Assembly (NCBI GenBank): GCA_964199315.1 | Contig: OZ116703.1 | Coordinates: 26,908,001-26,972,000, forward strand | Direction of reading: 5' to 3' | Length of the DNA stretch: 64,000 nt | Origin: Orbicella franksi | Lineage: Eukaryota | Shown: positions 1 to 9,961 of the stretch, piece after piece | Position numbering within the stretch: the first letter of the stretch is position 1 | Layout: each line of letters begins with the position of its first letter | The notes under the pieces: generated by a model | What the model saw: the letters and a program-made list of their open reading frames with translations, nothing else | Told to the model about the DNA's origin: nothing | Databases searched by the model: none | Position numbers and translations under genes: made by a program

Positions 1-26
1 TATTTTCCATTTCTGATATATAATTC

Positions 27-518
27 CAGTCGAACCTCCGGTTGCGACCACCTCTCGTAAGCGAGCAACTCTCCTCAGCGACCAGTTTTCCAAAATACTA
101 AAGTTTCCAAATCAAATCGCTATATTTGGAACCTCTTGTAAGTGACTACCTCTCGTTAGCGACCGCGACCACTTTTAGAGCTATAAGTTTAAAATTTTCT
201 TTTGTTTTTAACCTCCAATAAGCGACCACTTGACAGATAATAGAGAGGAAATTAGATAAGAAGGTGGTGTAACATTATCCGTATTCCTGGGTATTACAAA
301 AGACGGAAATATTTCAGTGGGAAACCGTATTTGGTCTCGAAATTGACTTTTTACATGAATAAAAATGTTTAAAACGTGGGGTAAGTCTCTGAAGTTACAA
401 TATGCTAATGTGGCAAAATTTTGATCCACTATGGTCCAAGCTCCCGTAAGCGACCACCTCCGGTAAGTGACCATCTCGACTTGACATTTTGAGTGGTCGC
501 TTACCGGAAGTTTGACTG
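27..518. mobile_element. Tc1/mariner-type MITE (non-autonomous), in an intron of the CNBD gene
   Basis: TIRs CAGTCGAACCTCCGGTTGCGACCAC / GTGGTCGCTTACCGGAAGTTTGACTG, TA on the right flank, internal repeats of GCGACCAC(C)T. Confidence 0.75.
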
Positions 519-568
519 TAGAGTTTTTTGACGCCTGGTGATAATGTTTTCTTCATTTATGTTATTAG

Positions 569-3500
569 GAGCATCGACTTCTTGAAGGAATGGCCTGTAG
601 AGTTAATGGCCAATAATCCCAAAAAATGTCTTTTCCATTTTTTCAGGTAGGAAAAGTGCTTTGTGTCATATACAGATTAGACGACTTGCATCTTTAAACA
701 AATGCAATAATGCAAGCGTGACAAGCCTTTTCTAATAACATAACGACAAATTATTTTGCCTTCACAAACTTGATGGACGGCAGACTCAACTGCTTCATTT
801 CCAACCAACTTTTAAATTTTTAATCAGCGCATGTTTTTCCTAACACGTGATTTGGAAATGTTTTTTTTTCCTAGAAGCGGATCTGTTCTTGTAAGAGACA
901 GCAATCATTCAGACTGGATTTACATCATAAAATCGGTATTTACATTTCCCTTTTCTGTAACTGTCCTGTGTATATATAGTCTCCCATAGTCTCTAAACTT
1001 AATTCCAGTTCTCTAGTTTTCTTTATTTCTACAATAATTTGTTCTATGAAACCCGTTTTCGATTTTTCTTTCTTCAGGGGAGTTGCCAAGTCCTTAAAAA
1101 GCTGAGAGAAGTGAGATGCTGCCTTACTCAACATAACGACAGGGTTGTAGGATTTGAAAACGGTACTTTGTCCAAAGTTCTTGTGTATTGTTCAATAGAA
1201 TAATTAATTTAATGTCTCACCGATATCAGTTTATTTATTTCAAAACACAATACACTTAAAAAAACGTATCGGGGTAATCGAAAACACACCTTAACTCTCG
1301 TTCACGTGCCATAAAAATTGTGAGGAAGATTTTTATTGAAAAAATTATTTCTGTCTGTTTATAGTAAAAAGCCAGGTTCCCAAAGCCTCATCACGTGACA
1401 GACTGGAGCGAGTGAAGGCAAAGTTGTCAGTTGTGACGCTTTTATTACCCAAGCTGCACCTCAGGCATGGTCTGATAACACATGAAAGCGACAATGACGA
1501 TGATGCTGGAACCGAGGCAAAAACCGCTGACGCCATCGACGAAGTAGCCGCTGCCCAGAAAATATTTAAAACAAGTATTGATAACAGCAGCCAAGGTTCC
1601 CCCGAAGAAAAGTCGATCAAGTCGGTCGGTTTTCGGGCGGCTACACCGCCGCACGGAAGGCGAAAGGGAGTGGTAAGCGCCCCGGAACCATCAACGAGGA
1701 TTCCTACTGACGAACAGTCAAACAATCTAAAACACAGGTTGGACTCAAGGAGAAAGCTTTCGAGTGAACCTGGTCTGATCAGCATAACTCGTGAAGAGAA
1801 CGCGGCTGAAGAGGAGCAGTTAAGAAAATTTTCAAGCTCTGAACTTCCTCGGCGATTAAAAAAAAGAATGACGGGCAATAGCAACTTGGCTTTACCTACT
1901 GTGGAAGAGGAAACCAAGTCTTCATCACCGGTAATAAATAATTCAGAACTTCCAGTGCACCTATGAAATTTTGAGAGATAAAATTTTGCAACATCCTTCC
2001 CCGGCCTTCTCGGGCATTTAAATCTGATTAAGCGATTAGCTGAACATTAGAGAAGCCTGGACACGAGGCTAAGGTCTAACAAAAGTCCTGGGCACGGCGC
2101 TACAGGGTCGTGGCAGAAAAACGTTTCGTAGGAATTTCGGATTCAAATCGAGAGACGTGTTGTTGATCAGTTCATCACAGAAACCTCATGTCTAGATTTC
2201 ATGTTTTAACTTAAAAGTTCTATCTTTAGTTCCAAGCTAGCAGGTAATATGGCAGCTTTCATGTAATTCTGATTGTGTTTTAGACCTTAACTCCACCGCG
2301 TCAACGATTCAGCTCTTTGAATGCAGATTCTGTAGAACACGACCAGAGGACTAGTAGGTCCAATTCAAACACTCGGCCCAGGAGCCAGTCTCCCGCTTCG
2401 AGGCGCACAAGCAGAGTGAGAAAATCTACTGTGACTCCCCCTGCAGGTAGTAAACAGAAATTGTTACTGTCGTTCTGTGAAATAATGACATAGCAACCAA
2501 AAGAAACCTTGAATTATCAAACGGTTGTAGTTATATCTGTGTGCATTCTCTAGGAGATGGCAGTGATGACCTTTTTAGTATTGTCGCAAGTAAGGGGGCA
2601 TTAGACTTAAATGATAAAAAAAAAATGAACGTTACTCCAGCGGAAAGAGATTCAGGAGTAGGTTTTTAGCGCGTTCCGCTAACGAGTCTATGTTGCGTAT
2701 TCAAGACAGAAGACTTTATAAATGATCTAAATTTCATGGCAGAAAATCACGTGTATTTTTGTTTTTTAGAGGACTTATCTGAAGAGGAAAAGAATCTACC
2801 ACTACACAAGATTTCTGTTATTGACGAGGGCGAACAAAGGCCGGTTAGTACGCGACATCCTTCATGCTTCCAAGATTACAAACTACTAAGCTTTGAAAAG
2901 TCAACAACTCGACTAATTGCTGGATGTTTTGTATGCATCTTTCGCCTGGGAAACTTTGAGGATAGGGTGTAAATAATTAATATAATTTCCCCAACTATGC
3001 CGTGTTCTTGTATGGAGAGCTAGCCTCCCACGCAGACGCTCTTTGGGCTCGTCACGTACGTCACGTTCGTGGGGAAGGAAGATTGCCTGATGATCGATGG
3101 GAGCCCAGAAAAACGTCTGCGGAGGAGGCTAATGTAGAGCAGGAAGGATAATACATTTATCTGGTGATGTTAAGCTGTAAGCTACCCCCGGGTTGCGACC
3201 ACCTCTCGTAAGAGTGCTGTAATTGTAACCGAATTGAAATGTTTTTTGTTTATTGTTTTCGTACAGACCGAAGTTCGCATCACAGACGCTGATTTACATC
3301 CCATGTTCGTGCAAGTTGCCCTTCTTCAAAAAGGAGACAGTTTTGTAAGAACCCAACATGATGTTTCTCTTTCAGTGATCAGTGACATCTCTCATGCGTT
3401 CCATGTGACATTCCGTGCATTACATACATGAATTCGACTACGTGCTCACGTTCCCCGATCTTTAATTTTTGTTACGTTCCATTTTTAGAACAAGAAAAGT

Positions 3501-6500
3501 TGATTAGTTCATAGCTAATTACTGTAAACCCTGAACAGGTCAGAGCCACCTTTTTAGGATACTGTGGACGTCATATATACGCAAGGTGTCTTGATAGGAA
3601 AATAAGATACCCTGTCTACTAAAATAAGGTATCTTTGTTCAGCTGTGTATTATCTTACTGTCTAATTGCTCTTCACGTTTCATTCAGGGAGTGTCCTCTA
3701 TGGTATTCGACGAACAGCCCAGTCTCAGCCTGGTTAGTATTGCGCATGTCAGTTATTATGGACTTACATACATCAGATTTACCCCTCCGTCGTCAAAAAA
3801 GAAAGAAAAAATATCCAGTTCCAAAAGATTATTCGGGCTGGTCGGCCCAAAAAAACTGTTCCGTAGATCAAAACTCTGCAGAGGTGACATGCAAGGGGTT
3901 TTAAATTGGTCTTGGAAAGAACAGTAGCAAAGAACAGACTAGTGGACATTGTTGAAGAACTTGGCATATCAAAGTTCCAAAGAACTGAGCACGTAAATTC
4001 ATTCACGGTTGGCTAGGTTAATACAGTCGCGGGCATTTAACCGAACATAACACTGCTTACTCGGTTCCCGTTATTTTCTCTCCACAGGTTAGTAATGGAG
4101 CAGAGTGTATCATGATTTCGAAGAAGTTTTTTCTGACTCATTGCTCCGACGCAATGAAAAGGCGGCTTCTTGTCACGGTAAGAATAAGTCAGAGAGGATA
4201 CTTACATCGCTCTACATCATGACGAGTCTTTGCGCAAACGAAATAATAACGATATGATACCAAGTGATGTTTCATATCGCCCAAAGGGCGTTCTTGTAAA
4301 CCGTTGGAATCGACTTCTTTTCGAAGGCTATGAAATTTCTAGAGAGCGGGGTTGTACAGCTTTCGTGAATTGGGTGACAATAGTTTGTACACTCACATCT
4401 CCTAACTTCTTTGTGAGGAATTATGGGACGGACCACTTTGAGCTCGAAGTGGAGGGTAGGGGTGTTGGGCAAATACCAAGAGGAAATGTTCTGTAAAGCA
4501 GACAGCGAAAAGAAGCAAAAAAAAGTCGCCCGTATAATACGAATAAAGGAACAAGTGTGGAAAACAAGGATTTTGTCTTGTAGTGTACTAAGAAATTTAT
4601 AGAAATGGCCTGACTCTTTTATCGTCGCTCTCGCCCGTAGCGCGCGAGCAACCGGCGAGAGCGGCGATGCCGCGAGGAGCTTGGTGGTTTTTTTCATTCC
4701 CCCCACCAGGCCACTCGCGGCTTCAAAGATCGCCTATAGCAATGTACGTATCACTGAAAGCGGGTGTACCAAAAAAAAAACTAAATTTATTATATGGCTA
4801 GCTCCGTGAGCAGCTCCTCCCTCTCTCCTCCATAGAGGCCTCTTTCGTGCGGCTTTGACCGTAGGCTGGCAGCTTTGAAGCTGGGGGAGGGAAAAACGGA
4901 AGCGCGCAGGGAAAGCCGTCCCTCGCGCGCCTTCCCATTCTCAATATTCAATTTCCCTTAGGGAGCCTCTGCGGAGGAGAGAGGATTCCTCCTCAAAATA
5001 ATTCGCACTCTCGATGAATTCTTTCTCTGGATGAGAAACCAAAATATATAAGAGAGTTTTGGCTTGTTGGGACTGCCGTAGTGGAGACCGTAACCGCAAC
5101 GTATTTTCAAATGGTAAAACTAACAAATCTGACGTATATAGACTACAAGTAGTCCCTCTTTCGCTTAGTCCGTCGTGCGTGACGCGAAAGAAAACCACGA
5201 GAAAAAAATGACCGAACGAAATCCTGGAGGCCTTCAGGATTTGGCGCGGCCATTTTTTTCTCGCGGTTTTCTTTCGCGTCACGCACGACGGACTAAGCGA
5301 AAGAGGGACTACTCGTAGTCTAGATGTATAAGACCTTCTTAACAAAGCCTCGCGTTCGCCTCTCAGTTATGTACTATTCTTCCGCACCCATACATGGAGT
5401 GCAATCATGCGGGAATGTGCTAAATCCAAAAACCCGGTTGAAATACTTTTGGTCACGAATTCAAAACGCTGCGTGATTTTGTCTTTCGTTAAGGATTTTT
5501 TGAATACTAGTTTTGACGAGTCAGCTAAATCGTTTGCCCAAACTTTACATCAGTCACATGCAGCTGTCCTTATATAGTAAAAATCTGACTAAAATCTTGT
5601 GGGATTCAAGACATGACTAACTGGTCAAAATGGCAATTCTAGTTAATTCTAGCTTATACTCTTCACCGACCAAAATAACAGGGGAAAAAAAATTCAAATT
5701 TTTCAGTGCTAAGTTCATGTAGTTGATCAAATGCGCCTCGACCAGTTACAATGGCTGTGGTGACACCAAGGCTGGACAAGAGATAACTTTAGTGAGCTAT
5801 TTCGATAGTGTGGCCTCTTCGATCTATTAACTTTGGTGACACGAGAAGCTGTTCGCCTTGTTATCCACGCTAGTAGAGACGGAGTTTGTTAGACCCCAAG
5901 AGTTTCTGGGATCTGTTAGAGCAAAAAAGATCCATCGGGACGTTACAAAATACACAGTTGCCTGGCTCCAGCAGTAGAGTTTAATCCAGTAACATAACCA
6001 GAAGCAGTCAGACCAAGAATTCTACAGTTCCATTTGAGAGCGAGTCAGTGACGCGATACAAATTATGTTTGCATCAAAAAGACGCCATTTCTAAACCATT
6101 AACACTCTCAGAGTGCTATTGGTCACTGGTAAAACTAAAAGTGTTTCGGAAACATTAATTACTTTCAAAATCTCGCAGGTAGACAAGTTACGGCTTGGTG
6201 CAAGTTACACTTACAGTCAAATAGTTTATTACAGTTATGATCCTATGGCTAATAAACAACATTGGCGCGACTCAAAACCGCAGCACTAAATTCTACGTGA
6301 ATATTTTTGAGAACAAAAGGGCATAAACTAAATAAAACTAAATAACCGATTTTCTCTCCTCACACTCTAGTTCAAGTAAGGAAATTCATACTTCGATAGT
6401 TTCGATGATCGACAAAACGATACAACAAATGAACTATAGTAAAATTTTATACCCAAGCTGGATACTTGGGTTTACAAATGAAAAAGCTCATGGCACTTTA

Positions 6501-9500
6501 CAAAGAAATGTGTTAAACTACACAATCAGTTATAAAATTTACATGCAAAAAAAAAAAGGTTTAAAAACTAAGTACATTTAAAAAATATTCACGATGCCTA
6601 CAAACACAGTGAGTAGCTGTCCACAAATAGTTCAAAGAGGTATGTTTTAAGTCCTTTTTTGAAGCTCTCATAAAGTTTGACTTGCGTATGGCAAGTGGCA
6701 GTTTGTTCCTAATCTTGGGGCACATATACTAAATGCCCTATCATCATAGGTCTTTGTGAAAGACTTCGGCTGATCTATCTAACCGTGTTGTTAGCGTCGT
6801 CGTTCTACAAAATTGTGGCCATCCAGTTAATGATGTACGTATATGCACATGTCTCATACACAAACATTTTAACGAATATCTTTTACAGGGGTAATTTCTT
6901 CTTAGCGCGAACGGCCTCTGGTTTATCATCGGCATTCTTCGTTTCAAAGCAAATGAAAATACCTTCCTTCACTTTGGCATCGAACTTTTGATAGCTCAAA
7001 CCTTGTCGCTGCTCATTCTGCATTTTTCCGCATATAACAACGGTTTTGATTCCTTGCATCTGGAGGAGTGGAGTACATTCATCGCACGGTGTCTTTGTTA
7101 CAAACAACGTTCCGTCCGCAAAGTCCTTGGTGTTGCGCAACAGCAAGGCGTTTTGTTCAGCGTGGATCGAATACGGATACTTCTTATCTTTAACACTTGC
7201 ATCGTGACGAGAAGCCCTTGCAAACTCACCGTACAGCGCCTTCGTCGGGAATCCATTCCAACCGATAGCTACGATTTCATGGTCTTTGTTAATGACCACC
7301 GCACCCACTCCTGCAGTAGGCTCGTCTGTCCGCTCGGCTAAGAATTTTGCAAAGGTTATGAAGAAAGAGGCCTGTGAATGATCAAGCTCGTTTTTCGCTG
7401 GGTCGAACGAGGTCGTTCCATTCTGGTTTAGGGCCTCAAATTTGTATCCTTTTTCTGAGCCTACAAAAACGTGAGCCATCCATTTAAAGAGGCCGTTAAA
7501 ATCACTCTCGACCTGCTTTTTCATAATTTCGTCGAAAGCTAGCCATGGAAGGTCGTCTTTGGCGCGTGCCATCCAGTTTTCCTCCCAGTAGGTTTTAAAT
7601 AGCTCTCTCTGTAGCTCCTCTAAAGCCGCTATGGGTGTCTTGGTTTTCTTCTTTTTCTCGCTAGCTTCCACGACTTCCTCTTCCACTCTGGGAACAAACG
7701 TGGTTTCACCGATTGCGCTAACTTTAAAAAGATTATCGACACACGACTTTTCGGCTTCAAATTTCTCTTTATCTAGACCTATGTATCCAGGTTCAATTGG
7801 CAGGTAGAAGACTCTCTTGACTTTAGATTGCACCAGAAGCTTTGTGCAGAAAGAACACGGCTTTCGTGAGACGAACACTTTACAACCTTGAGCCATATTG
7901 TGGTGCTTCATCAACAGACGGGTTACACCATGGACGTCGTCGCGTGAACATTCTGCAGCATAAAGGATATCATCAGGTAATACAAGCAAGGCTCCAACTT
8001 TCTTGAAAGGATCAGACTGCGGATCTGGGGTTGCTGTAATCTTGGAAGGATCAGGCTGCGCATCTGATGTCGCTGCAACCTTGGAAGGATCAGGCTGGGC
8101 ATCTGATGTCGCTTCAACCTTGGAAGGATCAGGTTTCGCATCTGATGTCGCTGCAATCTTGGAAGGATCGGGCCGCGCAACTTGGGTTGCTGGAAACCGT
8201 TCCATCCAGAGAGCTAAAGCCATAAACAGGTTCTCTTTAGATATTCTGGATTCCCGATCTGCATACGAAGGAGACTCTTTGGGAGTGGAAGCGTGTGCGC
8301 GCTTCCGTCCTCCTCGCGTCCCCATTGTGGCTGAAGCATCTGAAGGATCTGAAGAGTTCGTGGAGCTATTGTGAATGTTAGAAATGCCTTTATTCGGAGC
8401 TTCTGGCGTTTGATTCATTCTCGAGTTGTCAAAAACTCCGCTACTCGTAAAAACGCGTCCAAAGTGGCTGGGATTCTAGAGTTCTGAGAAACGTTTTTCA
8501 CGTGATTTATTGTTCTCGATGTGCCAATCAGAGACGTCGACGTGGACAAATTAGACAAAGGGACGCAGCACAGACTCTTCAACAGAGAGCTTTTTGTCTC
8601 CGTTCGAAAGACAAAAGAACTGAGATGTCAATGATTGTAGCCAGATATATACGGTATCATGGCTGAAAATTTGATCTCAGAAAAACTTCAGCGACAGCCA
8701 ACAGTAACTGCCGACAACGTCATATTTAATCGTCCCCCCTCACCTGCTCCATCCGAATACAAGTGCAGTAAATCTCAAACATAAAAATTTTAAGTCCATG
8801 GGCAACATTATGAAGCGGAGAAAGTTAAATGAACCTCAATCTTTCATATACCGTCATTTGGGTCGTCACGCAACACTTCTCACCAATAGCACGGGGGGTG
8901 GGGCAACGATGCGTGGTGATCCAACAAACAGCTGCGAGGGAGACCACCTAGAGCTTATTCTGTTTTTTTTTTTTTTTGTTTTTTTTTTACCGCACAGAGA
9001 TTTGGGATGTCCATTGGACGACTATATATTGGATAATTTGTGTTTGATATCCTGTTCTGAGAGACCGAGACTCTTACTCCGCGGTTCCCTTGTACGCACC
9101 TTGGGCAATTTTCAGACGCGACATCCTGTCCAAAAGCAGCTAAAAGTAAACTTGAACATTTTTGAAATGCAAAATACCTTCCAGTAGTAAGCCCTACTCG
9201 CGACAATACGCCCCCCCCCCCGGGAATTTTCAACCCCCCAACGAAGGTTCAAAGCACATACTTAACACAGTTACGAATATATTATTTTTTCTACAAGGCC
9301 AAATAAATACTGTATATACCAATTCCATTTTCCGATCGACGTTTGAACGATCGTTAATAAATTCATATTCCTTTTGTTTTATCCTTAAACCTGCTTACGA
9401 CGTGTCGTCTTGCTAAAATCACTGACAACAGATTTTAACATTTTCTGTCCTGTTTTACAGGAAACGCCTTATCCTAACGACGAGTCACTGCAGAAAAGCC

Positions 9501-9688
9501 TACAGGACAAAGTCAACTGGGATGCATACCGCCGTAAAACTCTAAAAACGCTGGTCCGCGAACTACCGACGAAACAAAGAAGAGTGAAAGATCTTTTGGT
9601 GCACAAAAGAACTAAACGCGACATGTCTTTAGGTGAGGACTTGAAAGAAGCCATTAGAAAGATCCAAAGGAAAGATGATGAAACCTGA
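569..9688 (+). CDS. Cyclic-nucleotide-binding-domain protein (CNBD2-like), 5'-partial; gene begins before the window
   Basis: Phase-consistent exons 569-646, 875-935, 1078-1162, 1365-1930, 2284-2446, 2554-2589, 2770-2843, 3267-3344, 3688-3732, 4088-4177, 9461-9688. Translation: SIDFLKEWP..KCLFHFFRSGSVLVRDSNHSDWIYIIKSGSCQVLKKL ... FVQVALLQKGDSFGVSSM..LSLVSNGAECIMISKKFFL..ETPYPNDESLQKSLQDKVNWDAY. Confidence 0.85.
3021..3131. mobile_element. Short MITE
   Basis: TIRs TAGCCTCCCACGCAGACG / CGTCTGCGGAGGAGGCTA. Confidence 0.65.
4821..4983. mobile_element. Short MITE
   Basis: TIRs CTCTCTCCTCCATAGAGGC / GCCTCTGCGGAGGAGAGAG. Confidence 0.6.
5139..5322. mobile_element. Foldback (near-perfect palindromic) MITE
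   Basis: About 75-bp inverted arms TAGACTACAAGTAGTCCCTCTTTCGCTTAGTCCG... / ...CGGACTAAGCGAAAGAGGGACTACTCGTAGTCTA. Confidence 0.75.
6440..6785 (-). mobile_element. 3' fragment of an L2/CR1-clade LINE, degraded
   Basis: Frameshifted minus-strand translation ~QPKSFTKTYDDRAFSICAPRL..KLPLAIRKS..ESFKKGLKTYLFELF matches the typical L2 ORF2 C-terminus; followed by TGTAAAGTGCCATGAG, resembling the L2 3' tail. Confidence 0.7.
6883..8418 (-). CDS. CDADC1: Cytidine and dCMP deaminase domain-containing protein 1-like (two deaminase folds), intronless, 511 aa
   Basis: RISKENLFMALALWMERFP resembles the CDADC1 N-terminus. N-domain H(GVT)..SRKPCSFC lacks the catalytic Glu; C-domain has TAGVGAV..GWNGFP..IHAEQNALL..FVTKTPCDEC. 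Uninterrupted ORF. Confidence 0.9.
   Translation of the reverse strand: MNQTPEAPNKGISNIHNSSTNSSDPSDASATMGTRGGRKRAHASTPKESPSYADRESRISKENLFMALALWMERFPATQVARPDPSKIAATSDAKPDPSKVEATSDAQPDPSKVAATSDAQPDPSKITATPDPQSDPFKKVGALLVLPDDILYAAECSRDDVHGVTRLLMKHHNMAQGCKVFVSRKPCSFCTKLLVQSKVKRVFYLPIEPGYIGLDKEKFEAEKSCVDNLFKVSAIGETTFVPRVEEEVVEASEKKKKTKTPIAALEELQRELFKTYWEENWMARAKDDLPWLAFDEIMKKQVESDFNGLFKWMAHVFVGSEKGYKFEALNQNGTTSFDPAKNELDHSQASFFITFAKFLAERTDEPTAGVGAVVINKDHEIVAIGWNGFPTKALYGEFARASRHDASVKDKKYPYSIHAEQNALLLRNTKDFADGTLFVTKTPCDECTPLLQMQGIKTVVICGKMQNEQRQGLSYQKFDAKVKEGIFICFETKNADDKPEAVRAKKKLPL
8002..8172 (-). repeat. 39-bp coding minisatellite (13-aa PDPSK(I/V)AATSDAQ unit, ~4.5 copies) inside CDADC1-like ORF
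   Basis: CTTG(G/A)AAGGATC recurs at 8002, 8041, 8080, 8119 and 8158. Confidence 0.9.
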
Positions 9689-9831
9689 TACAGTGATGGC
9701 AACGAGGTTATAAAAAATGTAATTAGAAGAATTTCGAGAAACAAAGACCTCAAGAAGATCAATTTTCTTTCATAACTTTTAATAACGAGCTTATTTAAAT
9801 AAAATAAGTAAATAAATAAAATATAAATATC

Positions 9832-9961
9832 TTAATTGAACACTCCCCCAATGGGGCTTTTCACCTAGGCTAATGAAACCAAATGATGAAACAAATAATG
9901 CAAATTAACATAAGAGGGTTAAAAATCCCAACCGGCAGGAGGCAGACCAGTTGGCTATTTA
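9832..9961 (-). mobile_element. 3' fragment of a tRNA-derived SINE
   Basis: Reverse complement GTAAATAGCCAACTGGTCTGCCTCCTGCCGGTTGGGATTTTTAAC resembles the 3' part of the SINE at 35068-35240. Confidence 0.55.

Noticed and set aside
1345-1917. 190-aa minus-strand ORF
   Set aside because: Antisense shadow of the large plus-strand CNBD exon 1365-1930
5730-5800. KAGQEITLVSY, resembling a SET-domain C-terminal motif
   Set aside because: Flanked by stops with no other SET motifs; too short to call
7923-8374. Extra ORFs with repeated peptides (85 aa minus, 123 aa plus)
   Set aside because: Alternative frames of the 39-bp repeat within CDADC1
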